DNA from: Octopus sinensis
Taxonomy: Eukaryota
Direction of reading: 5' to 3'
Assembly: GCF_006345805.1 (NCBI RefSeq)
Contig: NC_042997.1
Span: 189,534,001-189,598,000, forward strand
DNA length: 64,000 bases
Of this stretch, positions 34,770 to 49,186 are shown in pieces; the stretch's first letter is position 1, and each line of letters opens with the position of its first letter. The translations under genes were made by a program, and so were the position numbers. The notes below the pieces were generated by a model. It worked only from the letters and a program-made list of their open reading frames with translations, had not been told where the DNA came from and searched no databases.

Positions 34770-35969
34770 TATACTCGCACACGATCATGATATACATGAT
34801 TGCAAACACGCAAGAATAACTGTTCAACGTTAAACGCTTATAAATACCAAAATACCGAGACACTCAATATCAATGTAAATATTACTTTCAATGTAAATAT
34901 AAAAGTTGTAACTGTCACGACTCAAACTGTTGTGTCGGTCACTATACATTTACAACAGGGAGTAACTGCACTTCAATATAATGCAGTATACAAAAAAAAA
35001 AAAAGAAGAATTAAAAGCATACTTTTTTAAAAAATTGGAAAGAATGAATTTGGAAAATTTACTAATACCAAAATATGAAATTGAATGAAATACAAATGAC
35101 ATCACACGAAAAAGTTTCTCATAATATGAAATATTCGAGGATTTACCTGTAATTTCATCCGTTCTAAAATTACTGCAGAACACTAGATGCATGCTATTAA
35201 AACAATTGAATTTAAGACTGTGAAGGTCTCGAAATGTCTTTCTTATGAATTTTGGAACGTTAGTATTCCAACATAAAAATAAACCGCTATTAATATGAAT
35301 AAATATGAAAAATTCAGAAGGAAAAATCATCAAAATTGGACATAGGCAATTGAGACAGTATTTGATTAAAATAGCCATCTACACATCATACTTACTGTAA
35401 ATACACACTATATTCAGGACAAATACTGCAGTAATTGGCTCATTGTCAGTGTGCATACATTTGGTATGATACATGTCTTTTATTTTTTACTTGTTTCAGT
35501 CATTAGACTGCGGCCATGCTGGGGCACCGGGTTGAAAAATTTTAGTCGAATGAGACGACCCTAATACTTAGCTTCCTTTTTAAGCCTGGTACACTTTCTA
35601 TCGTTTATATCTACCAAACCGCTAGGTTACGGGGACGTAAACACACCAACACTACTTGTCAAGCGATGGTGAGTTGGACAAATACAGATGCAAACACACA
35701 CACACACACACACACTCACACACACACTCACACATACATACATACACACATACATACATACATACATACATACATACATACATCAAGATAAAAGCCAGAG
35801 TAACTCGTCTATCAACAGTGAGCTTACATTAAGTGTGCTACATAGGTGGCTACTAAACTAATCATGTTTAGAAGGAGTGGAACGTTGGGCAAATTCTTCT
35901 ACTATAGCCTCCAGCCGACCAAAGCCTTGTGAGTTAATTGGTAGACGGAAAATGAAAGAAGCCACTTCG

Positions 35970-36002
<33 letters not shown>

Positions 36003-37486
36003 TATATATATGTATGTATGCATGTATGTATGTATGCATCTATGTGAGTATATATGTATATGTTTGTGTGTCTGTGTTGGTACCCCACCTCAACATCGCT
36101 TGACAACCGATTCTAGTGTGTTTACGTCCCCGTAACTTAGCGGTTCGGTAAAAGAGACCGATAGATTAAGACATAAGCTTACAAAGAATAAAAGAAAAAA
36201 AGAATATATGAGCATGTCAAGACATGCAACTATATGCATGAGAATACGTAATAAACAAAAACATAACATCTGCAAATACATACATAAATACCATACATAC
36301 ATACATACATTACATAAATATATACATACATACATACATACATACATACATACAATATACATACCTAATTACATACATACATACATACCATATAATACAT
36401 ACATATACATAACATACATACATTACATACACTACATAAAACATACATACATACATACATATATACATACATAAATTAGAAAAGCATATTATAACATGTA
36501 GGCTTAATGCGCATATTCACATGGAATAGAAAATAGAGAATAATGAACAAAGAATACAAAATAAACGACAGGGATTATATAATAGCGTTATCTTGACAGG
36601 TGCTTCAAGTGAACCATAGCTCATCCCCAACTTCCACACACACACACACATATGTACGTATATATATGTGTGTGTGTATGTATATATCTATATCTATCTA
36701 TATATCTATATATGTTTTATTCATGTATGTATAACTATATGTATGAGTATATACATACTTACATGTATATATACACTACACTCACTAGTGCTTCGGAAAC
36801 TGTTATTTTACCGAGTTGTATGTATTTATCACCAGATAAGACACATCTGCCGAATGCTCCTGAACAAATTGATAAGTGGCCCACCCGTCAGGGATCGATG
36901 CTAGATGTATTGAAATAAATGTCGTGCTTAATAATAAGAATTCTCGAATATTTCCATTTTCTTTCTTTTAGTTACCACACCCACACACACACACCACACA
37001 CACACACACACACACATACATCATATATATATATATATATTATATATATATATAATATATATATAATATATATATATATAATATATATACAGAGGAGGAG
37101 AGATATATTAGAATAATAAAGAGAAAAAGTTCTTGTTACAGTATTATATATATTTCAAAGAATGTGTAGAGATGACTTTTTTGAAGGGATAATTTTTATT
37201 TTAATCTTAATAATAATAACGTTTACAGTGAGTTACTCTGGTAGGAATTTCAAGCTTGTAGCCGTTTTCAAACTGAAAAATATGTTTTACTGGCTGTTTA
37301 AATGACAACAGATTTTTTTCTTACAAGTATACGTACAAAAAATATATACAGAAAAGAGAAAAGAATATAAAAAAATATAAAAAAAAGTATAAAAATATAA
37401 AATTTAAAAAAAGGTATGTATATATATAAAGAATACAAAAGAATGTGTGAAGAAGAATAAAAAGAATAATAATAATAATAATAATG

Positions 37487-37538
<52 letters not shown>

Positions 37539-38225
37539 GAAGAAGAGAAGAAGAAGAAGAAGAAGAAGAAGAAGAAGAAGAAGAAGAAAGACGAGAATGA
37601 GGAGGAGAAGAAAACGAAGGAAGAAAGGAGGCGAAGAAGGGAAGGAGAAGAGAAAAAAATAAATGAAATCAAGAAAAATAAATATATAAAATAAGAAATA
37701 AAATAGAAAATAAAAACAAAGAAAGAAGATTAATAGTAATTGAGAACAGTGAGGGGAAAGATTTAAGTCTATCAAGAATAACGAAATGTAAAATTTAGGA
37801 ATGATCAGTATTCTTGTCTTCTTGTCAAAAGTTAACCTGTGTGGTGAGGTCCCTATTTAGTTCTCACAGGTGGGTAACAAAAAATCTTTTGCTATTTAAG
37901 CAAACCTCCAACTCCACATACACACACACACCAGCCCCTAGACTAGCAAAGACACCCATTCCTCCAACAACGGTGCCCAAAGCCTTGTGAATGGATTTGG
38001 ACGACGGAAACTGAAAGAAGCCCGTCGATTATACGTATACATACATACATAAATAAATAAATTATTAATTTCGGCCAAAAAAGATAAGAGAAATAATTAA
38101 CACACGCTGCAAAAGTGAGCCTGATATTTGAAAGTATAATGACCATGCAAGGCATGTTTCGGTTTTATTAGACATTCTAAGTAAAGTATATTGGTACTAG
38201 TATTTACCAGATCTTATGTATATGT

Positions 38226-39401
38226 AGGCGCAGGAGTGGCTCCGTAGTTAGTAGCTTGCTTACCAGCCACATGGCTCCGGGTTCAGTCCCACTGCGTTGT
38301 GCTTTGGGCAAGCATCTTCCACTATAGACGACCAAAGCCTTGTGAGTGAATTTGGTAGACAGAAAATGAAAGAAGCCCGTCGTATATATATATATATATA
38401 TAGATATATATATATAATATATATATATTATATATATATATATATATATACATACATACATATGTATGTATGTATGTATGTATTTGTGTGACTATGCTTG
38501 TGCCCCACCATCGCTTGACAACCGATGTTGGTGTGCTTACGTCACCGTAATCTTGCGGTTCGGCAAAAGAGGCCGATAGAATAAGTACTAGGCTTACAAA
38601 AAATAAGTCCTGGGTCGATATGCTCGACTAAAGGCGGTGCTCCCACATTGGTGTAGTCGAATGACTGAAACGATTAAAAGAAAAAAAGAAAAACATGATT
38701 TTTTTTTTAAAAACTGCAAAAGCATCACAAAAACTGCTACTCAGAGTTTCACATTCCCGTTCGTCGGGCAGTTGTGATCAAGAATGAATAAAATTGTGAT
38801 GGCTCATGTAATGTATGATTCGATATAATCCAATTTGATGAATAAGCATTTGAATTTGATTGGGTAATTTCTTTTGAAAATATAAGCTCTGTTGTATTTG
38901 CTAACAGTTTGGCTGGTCAGGGGAGTATAAATTGAACAATAAAATATGAATATATCGTTTGTACGTCTATGTGTGGACATTTGGATATGTATAGGCGCCG
39001 GGTTGTCTGTGTGGTAAGTAGCTTGCGTGGCACCTTGGGCAAGTGTCTTCTATTATAGCCTCGGGCCGACCAAAGCCTTGCGAGTGGATTTGGTAGACGG
39101 AAACTGAAAGTAGCCCGTCGTATATATGTGTGTGTATATATATATATGTATGTATGCATGTATGTATGTGTGCGTATATGTTTGTGTGTCTGTGTTGTCC
39201 CCCACCCAACATCGTTTGACGACCGCTGCTGGTATATTTACGTCCCTGTAACTTAGCGGTTCGGCAAAAGAGACCCATAGAATAAGTACTAGGCTTACAA
39301 ACAATAAGTCCTGGGGTCGATTTGCCCGACTAAAGCGGTGCTCCAGCATGGCCGCAGTTAAATGACTGAAACAAGTAAAAAGAGTAAAAGAGTAAAGGAG
39401 T
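38226..39401 (+). mobile_element. Two family B SINEs (38226-38690 and 38991-39401)
   Basis: Both match the family B head, body and tail; the second has a 5' internal deletion. Confidence 0.9.
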
Positions 39402-39605
39402 ATACATGAAAGCATATTCATATGTATATATGTATACACGTGAATATATATGCGTGCGTATATATGTGCATATCTGCTCGCCTATGTCTGTATTCGTATG
39501 CATACATGAAGATGTATGTATACTTAACAAATGTGTATGTATATGCATATATATATATGTTTATATATGTGTGTGTTTATGTGTATATGCATGTATGTAT
39601 TTGTC

Positions 39606-39650
<45 letters not shown>

Positions 39651-39789
39651 CTATCTATCTATCTATCTATCTATATATATATATATATTATAAGATATAT
39701 ATATATATATTCCAATGAACTCGTTTTTTTCCCAAACTTTTTCTCAAAACTGCTATAATGTAATATATGTCTTTGGTGTGGTATTGTAC

Positions 39790-39878
39790 GCGGCTGAAGA
39801 AGGCTGTTGACCTACATGTTATATCAATTATATATCATTGATATAAATTGTTCAATAAAGCCAGAACATATGTACAGC
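39790..39878 (+). ncRNA. Decayed hammerhead-like motif with extended stem II
   Basis: gcgg CTGAAGA a ggct...ttatatcaat/attgatataa...agcc AGAA CATATG TA cagc. The GAAA box reads AGAA, so it is probably inactive. Confidence 0.4.
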
Positions 39879-39906
39879 AAAATCTTTTGCATCTTGGTTT
39901 TCTGTT

Positions 39907-39953
<47 letters not shown>

Positions 39954-40285
39954 ACAGATTTTTTTGCTTTTGTGTGTGCATACATAACATAACTCGTTAT
40001 GGAATTTTAAACCTAGAAACTATTTCAATCCATGGGCTTTAAATTTATAAAACAAACTTAAACCTTTATTATTTATTTATCATTAATTAATATGTTATGG
40101 ACATATATTACTCCTTTCTTCACTTAAGATCTTTTCGATATTATACTCAATCAATAGACGCAAGCGTGGCTCTTTGGTAACTAGCTTGCTTCCAAACCAT
40201 ACGGTTCATGGCACCTTGGGCAAGTGTCTTAGGGCCAACCAAAGCCTCTTCTGTGGATTTGGCACATGGAAACTAAAAGAAGCCC

Positions 40286-40322
<37 letters not shown>

Positions 40323-40324
<2 letters not shown>

Positions 40325-40689
40325 ATGTACATTTGAACACATAAGAGGTATCCACCATAGGATTTCTTCCGCGCTAGAAGGAACAGCTAAAGTCTAAAAC
40401 ACTATTAGGGATAAAATTTCGAAGGGAATGAAAAATAAAAACATTTACCATCTATCTTCTGGACCATGTTTAATCTAGGCGTACATGTTGATGAAGACTT
40501 CGCCTAACAAATTATTTTATTTGGTAAAAAAAGTCTGAAACCATGGTCCAGGAGATAGATGGTAAATTTTTTTTATTTTTCATTCCCTTCGAGTTTTTAA
40601 TCCCTAATAGTGGCTTGGACTTTAGCTGTTCGTTCTAGCGTGAAAGGAATCCTATGCTGGATACCTCTTATGTGTTTAAATGTACACTG
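40323..40689. mobile_element. Tc1/mariner-type MITE with about 150-bp TIRs
   Basis: 40323-40470 is inverted at 40539-40689; the right end reads TA-cagtgtacattt on the minus strand. Confidence 0.85.
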
Positions 40690-40783
40690 TATTTATACGA
40701 ATAATATATAGTCTATTGACTAATTTTTCTACACGCTAGGCCATAGGTAGTAAAAATTTCTAAAATCTTTATTACCCTGCTAT

Positions 40784-40882
<99 letters not shown>

Positions 40883-41004
40883 ATATACACTTGATGTATA
40901 TATGTATGTATTCATATTTATAATTCTATGTGTATGTATATGAATATGTGTATGTGCACATGCCTCTGTGTTCGTATATGTTTGTATGTGTGTACAACAT
41001 ATGT

Positions 41005-41050
<46 letters not shown>

Positions 41051-41356
41051 CATATAATATATATAAATATATTATATATATTGGCCTGCTCGCTTAGCCA
41101 GCGGGGTGGCGTCATTTGAAGGCTAAAACAATGCGAAGCGCATTGTGACCAGCGATGTGTAGCAACATCTGATAGCCTGGTCAGTTACAGTGATCACGGT
41201 GATATATATATATATATTTCCGTACATACATGCATAAAAATATATACACAAACATACTTACATACATAAATACGAGTGCACGAACGCACGTGCGCACACA
41301 TACACGCTCACACACACACACGCACACATGCATACACACACGCACACATGCACACA

Positions 41357-41410
<54 letters not shown>

Positions 41411-41645
41411 GCACGACACACACACACAAACACGCGACTGTAATAAATATCAGCAGTTTTTTTTTCTCAATTTCATTTACCTAACAAGATAATTTGTAGC
41501 ATCCAGTTCTGATAATTCTAAATACCTAAGCCACTTTATTTTCGCGTTTGAATAAAACATTTCTATTTATCCCTCCACTTTTCATTGATTTTCCTCCTCA
41601 CATGCTTCTTCCCACAAGCATCTGATTAGGTGCAGAGATTATCTT

Positions 41646-41851
41646 CACGCCGGGCGAACTGCTTATCGGTATTTCGTCTGTCATTACGTTCTGAGTTCAA
41701 ATTCCGCCGAGGTCGACTTTGCCTTTCATCCTATTCGGGGTCGATAAATAAAGTACGAGTTTCGCACTGGGGTCGATGTAATCGACTTAATCCCTTTGTC
41801 TGTCCTTGTTTGTCCCCTCTGTGTTTCGCCCCTTGTGGGTGGTAAAGAAAT
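41646..41851 (+). mobile_element. Family A SINE, 5'-truncated
   Basis: Consensus body, with tatcttca on both flanks. Confidence 0.9.
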
Positions 41852-42135
41852 ATATCTTCAGGTTTCTTATCTTCAAGTTATCTCCAGGTTATCTTCAAGT
41901 TATCTTCAGGTTTTTGTTGCTATATATCTCATATTTGACACTGTAATCCACTATCTCAAATAATTTGGTATCTTTTTCTCATTACTTTTGTATATTTATA
42001 TATTTCTCTATTTAAATAACGTAATTATTGTTGAAATTCTCCGGAAACTAGTGCTAAGACGTTTCACTCTTATTTATCCTAGAACACACCACACACCACA
42101 CACACACACACACAGATGTATGTGGATATACTATT

Positions 42136-42510
42136 TTACTCTTTACTCTTTTACTTGTTTCAGTCATTCGACTGCGGCCATGCTGGAGCACCGCCTTTAG
42201 TCGAGCAACTCGACCCCAGGACTTATTCTTTGTAAGCCCAGTACTTATTCTATCGGTCTCTTTTGCCGAACCGCTAAGTGACGGGGACGTAAACACACCA
42301 GCATCGGTTGTCAAGCAATGCTAGGGGGGACAAACACAGACACACAAACACACACATACATATACATATATATACATATATACGACGGGCTTCTTTTCAA
42401 TTTCCGTCTACCAAATCCACTCACAAGGCATTGGTCGGCCCGGGGCTATAGCAGAAGACACTTGCCCAAGATGCCACGCAGTGGGACTGAACCCGGAACC
42501 ATGTGGTTGG
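42136..42510 (-). mobile_element. Family B SINE
   Basis: Reverse-complement match, head truncated. Confidence 0.9.
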
Positions 42511-43060
42511 TTATATCATTATATAATAACTTTTTGTCTGGTTTTACAAACAGAGCCAGTACATGTTTTGTCGCCTAAATTTTTCCCGTTCTTATTTCAC
42601 TTTACCCTTCCGCTAAATGAAGAAACAAAAAAGAAAAAGGAAAAAAAAAACCTCTTAGGGTTGTCTAAGTATCTAAGAGTTACCTCCCTTACTTAAATCT
42701 GCTCTTCAAAATTAACTACAATTAACCATCCGTTAATCTTGACAACTTGATGTGCGTGTTTGTGTATGTATATGTGTGTATGTATGTATTTATGTAAGTA
42801 TGCATGCATGTATGCATGCGCATAATACATACATACATACATACATATATACATACATTACACACGCACACGCACACAACGCACAAAACACACACATACA
42901 CACATTATCTGTTACTCGTTTCAGTCACTGGACTGCAGCTATGCTGAGGCCCCGTCTTGAAGAATTATTAGTCGAGTGGCTCGCTTCCAGAACATTAACA
43001 GTAAATCTTCTTACTTATTCTATCGGTCTTTCGCTGAACTGCTAAGTTACGGGCTGTGAA

Positions 43061-43885
43061 TACAGGGTGTCCCAAAAGTAACTGATTAGTTTCAATTTTT
43101 AATAACTTCATTAACTTTACAAATAAATGCATGAAATTTTGTTACAAATGGACATAATGGAAATTAATATATGTGAGTCAAATTTTGCAACAACACTACA
43201 TCACACATAAAAAATGACGTCACTCAAATAGCTGCCATTTTCTGCTTCGCCCGCCCGTATTCTTTCCAAAACTTGCACCATAACACCCTCAAGAGTTTCA
43301 GACTGCACTTCACTGATTTCTCTATTGATGTTCCCCTTCCGTTGCACCAGGGTTCCTGTTTGTTGACGTAAACCCTCTCTTTCAGGAATCTTCACAAGAA
43401 AAATCCGGGCTAGTCAAGTCTGGAGTATGTGAAAGCCATTCAAAGCAGACCTCACCCATGGTTCCAGCAAAATGGGGCAACTGCTCATACTGCGAAAGAA
43501 ACAATGCAGTTGCTATGGCAGTGCTTTGGGGAGAGAATAATCTCCTGTTACAGCAATGTCAATTGGCCTTCACGTTCCCCAGTCTTGACTAGCCCGGATT
43601 TTTTCTTGTGGAGATAGCTGAAAGAGAGGGTTTACATAAACAAACCGGAGATTCTAGTGCAACTAAAGGAGAACATCAATAAAGAAATCAGAGAAGTGCA
43701 GTCTGAAACTCTTGAGGGTGTTATGGTGCAAGTTTTGGAAAGAATACGGGCATGCGAAGCAGAAAATGGCAGCTATTTGAGTGATGTCATTTTTTATGCG
43801 TGATGTAGTGGTGTTGCAAATTTTGACTGATGCATATTAATTTCCATTATGTCCTTTATATTGTATCAAAATTTCATGCATTTCA
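43061..43885. mobile_element. Fold-back derivative of a DD41D (rosa-type) Tc1/mariner transposon
   Basis: TA-cagggtgtccc left end. The plus frame reads WFQQNGATAHTAKET...WPSRSPVLTSPDFFLWR*LKERVYINKP...SDVIFYA* with 41 residues between QQ[N/D]G and the D of PDF. Positions 43125-43423 are inverted at 43579-43883. Confidence 0.85.
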
Positions 43886-43917
<32 letters not shown>

Positions 43918-44301
43918 CTCATTCAGAATCAGGTGAACGGCTTATATTACGATCCTCTTACTTCAACATAACTCCACCTCATTTTTTTTCTTCTGACTAC
44001 CCGCCATTATTTTATATTCTAGTGCCTGCTTAATTATTATAATTTATTTATATATGTTTCTAAATATGTTAACCAATACTTTGAGAAGCATTCTAAATAA
44101 TGCAACAGAATTCATCATCACAATAAACTATGTTATTTTACACTATTAATTTAGTATTTAGTGTTAAAAGTCTCCCCAAAATGCAAAAATTACATTTAAC
44201 TGTTTGTAAATGATTGCATAGAAAATGTAGCACCAACATGAATGCCAAACGAAGAACAGTGTTCAACGAGAAGGAAAAAGAAAAAAGTGGGATAAGTCAG
44301 T

Positions 44302-44611
44302 AATTATAGGCCTATTACATGCTTACCATTGCTCTAGAAATTTCTAACAGGTCTCTGATAAAATGTACAGGATTTTGGAGAAAGTAAAACTGTTACCAGA
44401 AAAGCAAAAGGGCTGCAGAAGGAAAGCAAAGGGTACTGCAAATGTATTGTTTGTTGATAGAACGATACTAAGGGAAATGCAAATAAAAAGGGTGATAATA
44501 GTTGTTGGTTGGATAAGTTACAAGGAAGGATACAGTAATGAGTGGTCTTATTGGTTTTTGGAGTGTCTGAGGAGCAACAAGACCCACGAGAGGATTAATA
44601 GTTTCTGGTGA
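44302..44611 (+). mobile_element. R4/Dong-clade LINE RT fragment
   Basis: NYRPITCLP...LLPEKQKGCRRKAKGTANVLFVDRTILRE...GWISYKEGY...WFLECL matches the R4/Dong RT motifs YRPITCL, LPEEQKGCRR and AWIDYKKAYD. Confidence 0.8.
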
Positions 44612-44796
44612 GACTGAGGGAAGCCGAACTCAAATGTGGAAGGGAAATATTAGAAAATGTGAAAACCCAGAGACAAGTATTTAAGGGAAACTCAAGATTG
44701 TGTTGATTCTTTTGGCCAGCGTCATAAAAAAAATTCAGATGTGCTTATGGGCTTGCTAAGAAAAAGGGGGAAATATCATGCTATATAAATGGATGA

Positions 44797-45025
44797 GGCG
44801 AGCTGGCAGAAACGTTTGCACGCCGGGCGAAATGCGTAGCCGTATTTCGTCTGCCGTTACGTTCTGAGTTCAAATTCCACCGAGGTCGACTTTGCCTTTC
44901 ATCTTTTCGGGGTCGATAAATTAAGTACCAGTTACGTACTGGGATCGATATAATCGACTTAATCCGTTTGTCTATCCTTGTTTGTCCCCTCTGTGTTTAG
45001 CCCCTTGTGGGCTGTAAAGAAATAT
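44797..45025 (+). mobile_element. Family A SINE with 16-bp TSD
   Basis: ctatataaatggatga (44781-44796) and ctatatatatggatga (45026-45041). Confidence 0.95.
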
Positions 45026-45155
45026 CTATATATATGGATGACATTAAATTATGCATCAAATATGAAAGAGAAAACCTGAATTGTTTTGTTGTGACAGTAA
45101 GAATATTTAGCAATATTCAGCTTGGGACGAATAAGTGTATAGTATAATTATGAAG

Positions 45156-45461
45156 GTGGAGGCACATGGCCTAGTGGTTAGAGCAGCGGACTCGCGGTCG
45201 AGGGATCGCGGGTTCGAATCTCAGACCGGGCGATGTGCGTGTTTATGACCGAAACATCTAAGCTCCACGCGGATCCGGCGGAAGGTAATGGCGAACTTCT
45301 GCTGGCTCTTTCGCCACAACTTTCTCATACCCTTTCCTCCAGCATCTTGCAGCGAACCTGCGACGGACCGGCGTCCCGTCCAGGTGGGGAACCTATACGC
45401 CAAGGAATACCGGCCCTTATGAGCCAGGCATGGCTCAAGAAGGAACAAACAACAACAACAA
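45156..45461 (+). mobile_element. Family C SINE, tail type ii, 13-bp TSD
   Basis: tataattatgaag at 45143-45155 and 45462-45474; intact A and B boxes. Confidence 0.95.
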
Positions 45462-45474
45462 TATAATTATGAAG

Positions 45475-47630
45475 AGAAGTCGAATGAATAAATCTGATAT
45501 GTTGAAGATACTACAAGATATCAGGTCACGGAAAGGAAAAGAGAGATATAAGTATCCTCATCCATGATACGTGTATAATGTGTTGTGAAATTGGTTTTGC
45601 GTTGGGTTGGTCTATAATGCATCTGTTCGGAGTGCTTTCTTCACCTATTTTGAATACTATGCCTGTGATTCCGTGCATTCTGTCGATCGACGGAAGAGAT
45701 ATGCCTTTACATACGAGCAAGAACTATCTGCAATCGCTTTTTATGGACATGAGAAGTACAATATCTTTTGACTTTCGAGATACTTAAATGTTAACTTTTC
45801 TGTCTCGCTGTTCGCTTTAACAGCTAAGGTAGGAATACTCATTTCTTTATCGCATAGTTAAGCAACTGCTTTTCCTACCAGCGAATTCATGTTTGGAGGG
45901 TGCCTTTAGGGAAGAAGAGCGAGAATTGTACTGCAAGGGCCGAAATTGTCCTGTTTATCACTCAAGTAATTTCTCTCGTTCATTCTTTTGCTTGGGAGTA
46001 TACCTTTTGTTTTTTGTGTTTTTACTGTGAATTGTATCGTTTAAATTGTTCAAAATAAAGTTGTTGCTGTCAGTCGAAAAACTTTATATAATTTTCTTGA
46101 GAAATACGTGTAATCTTCTGGGTCGGACTAGATAAGAGTTGGTGGGAAGAGGTCGCGAGTAGGGTGTTGACACTCGCTGAGAAAGTTGGTTGGAAATGGT
46201 ATGCTTGTCTGCAAAGTACTGTATAGTTATTGCTATAGCTTGGTTATTCTTCTCAACCTTTCACCTGTTCTTTTTTGGACATTGAAACATTACGTAATTT
46301 TCTATCAGCAATTAGTGATGGCATCTCACTTTTCGTTATCAAGCATTTCCTCTTGAATTACTTTCTGCTTGTATGATACAAAATTTCGTAATTTGTGAAA
46401 CATGGAACTATGAAACTGAGTAACATCATAAAAATAAAGATAGTTTTCGTTTATTTATTACCTATTTGAAAATTCTTCTGCAATATTTAAATTGAAATAA
46501 AGAAGAAACATATATAAACTAAAGACTTTGTGATATCATTTGTATGATATATAATTTGTGATTAAATCACTGAATTTTTTTAATTATTTCTCGTAATATT
46601 TCTTTTTCTTAATCTACATAAATACACAATTACAGACAGTGTCAGTCTTTGCAAAGAACAAGATGTTAGGAAAAAATTCGGTGGATTCTTGCCAAAGATT
46701 TATCACGTCAATTAATCGTACGCAATGGCCTCTTCTTTTGCATTCTTCAGTAATGGTCTGTCGAAAACCTATTCTATACATCTTCTTTATCCTATTTAAG
46801 GCTTTCATATTTCTGCGGTTCTGACTACTTCTTCATCAATAAACTTCAGTTTATATAATACAAATCCTTTTCCCGGTTACCAAATATCATCTGCATACGC
46901 CTCCATTTAAATGATGATAAATGTTCCAAATACGTTTTTTCTTCCGTTCTGTATGATAATCGTCAAAGGATCATACGATCTTTACTTGGTATAACGAATG
47001 CTCTTCATTGATATTTACCTTCAAAGCCAAATTTCCTACAAGCGCAGATAGATTGCTACAATTGTAAAAATTTAGAAACTTTGAGAGGCGAGAAATAAAT
47101 CGTTTTTAAAGATGGAACTCGAAGTTGATAAAGTTACGAATAATAGCGTGTAGAATATAGAAATTTTCCCTTGCATGGAAAACAGCGAAAGCTGCCCCTA
47201 AGAATCTAACCCGTATCTTCTGTAGATATGACAGACATTCTACCAGTGTACCAATGCAGTCCTTAAAATTTTCTCATCCATTTAGAAGTTTCGTTTTTAC
47301 CAGTGTCTAAAATGGACTAAAAAAAAAATTCCAAAGGTTGCTTTGGTATTCTGGTAGAGCGTATGTTATGTCTATAGAACATGTTATAGTCCCAGACGCA
47401 ACTTTCAATTTTTTTCCATCCAAGGGATTGTTTTAAACCAATGTTTTACACGTTATTATATATAGCTGTACCTACTTCAAGCGATATATAAACATAGATA
47501 TGTATGTATGTAGGTATGTATGTATGCATGAATGTATGTATTTATGTATGTACATACAAGCATACACACACATATATGTGTGCATGCGTGTGTGTTTGTG
47601 TGTGTATGTGTGTGTGTGTGTAAACATAAC

Positions 47631-47712
<82 letters not shown>

Positions 47713-49100
47713 GTATTCTGAGTAACAAATAATTTAGTTCTGAAAATGAAACGTTTTATCTAAAACGAATCCGTCAGTCCAACCACCCATCTTTATAGCC
47801 CAATATTCAGGTAAATCTTTTAAGGGCAGACTCCTCTGACACAGCCTTCTGAAGTTTGGATGAAAAACGACCGTCTAAAAATGTCCCCAGATCCCCTAGC
47901 GAAACAAACCGAGGCTATGGATATTATCCAATCATTTTGATCACGGTCTACCTCTAGTTCTTCCGCCGGTTGGCCTTACCTGTAAAATCTGTCCAGCGAT
48001 TGTTTCCTCAAACTTTCTAATCACATACCTGTAGAATCGAACTGTGACCGCTTAATGCGAAAAATTAGTGTCTTAAATGAAAAATATTATCCGATCTCAA
48101 AGCTACATATTCAATCGAATAATGTTATTCAAGCGACCCTTCTGGGGAACGTCGCTTCAGTTTCTTATATTCACAACCGTGCTCTTTCGGTAATGGCAGG
48201 GAAGAAACTTGAATTGAAGAAAGTATCCTTGGTTTTATCACCAACTTCCCTTCTGATGTGATGACCGACGACGAAGACTGGTGCGTTGTAGCTATGCTAA
48301 CAATACTTGCTTCTAATTCAGCCGACTGTTTTCCATCAATGATAAAAATGACCCCGGAGTGAGTACCCGTCTTACAAATAGACTCTATTCTGGTTGTATC
48401 TACTTGTTGATTCTACCACTATAAAATAGCTTTACTTCAAATTATTGTCTTGCTTTCTACGTAGTTCAAATTATATTTTGGTTCTAATATTCACATCAGT
48501 GCTCTGGACAAATTATTCCAACGAACTGCTTCCAAGGTACAAAGTTCCTATTTTAAATCCCAAAGAAGCTGGGTTTTTTTTAGTATTATACGCATCAGCC
48601 AAAAATTCTCACTACATTCAATTATCTAAATCTCGTTATCTAAATTAAAACCAACATTATTCTTTTCACATATGAACTTCCCAATTAATGAGCTTTAATA
48701 CTTCAAGCGCCATTAACTGCGTCTTAGTAGTTTGTTAACTTTCCGCAGGTCTTTATAGTCTGTGAAAACAGTAATTCCTTACCTCAAAAAACATGCAAAG
48801 AATGAAACGCGAAATTCTTCTCCCATAATCTGTAGTATCATACAAAATGAATAACATTCCAGTGCTATATCTTATTAAGATTCCGGTCTAATTGTTTAGA
48901 TCTGCTGCGTTCACGTCTCAAAGATACCAGCAGACAATCAGGAATGTTATCCAATGATAAAAAGGAAAATATAAACTTAAGATTATTATTCTACCTTCCT
49001 CAACGCATGATTGCTTTCCGCTTTATAAAAAGTACATACAACACACGAGGAATGTGCAGCTTCTAAGAAATCTCTTTGTGAGCATCGGTTTCATATAAGA
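45475..49100 (-). mobile_element. Possible highly decayed APE-type LINE
   Basis: AYADDIW at 46900-46880, CRKFGFEGK just upstream, and SH*AVTVRF (SDH-like) at about 48063-48031, in EN-then-RT order. Many stops; the rest is unrecognisable. Confidence 0.35.
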
Positions 49101-49186
49101 ATTGCAAAGTATGAGCCGTTTCCCTTAAGTGATTAACTGCTTCCTGTATTCCCCCTTTTACTTCCTAAATGATGAATGATATATAC

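Noticed and set aside
36834-36918. Possible terminal exon DKTHLPNAPEQIDKWPTRQGSMLDVLK*
   Set aside because: The acceptor is plausible, but there is no linked upstream exon or homology; within chance expectation for 64 kb.
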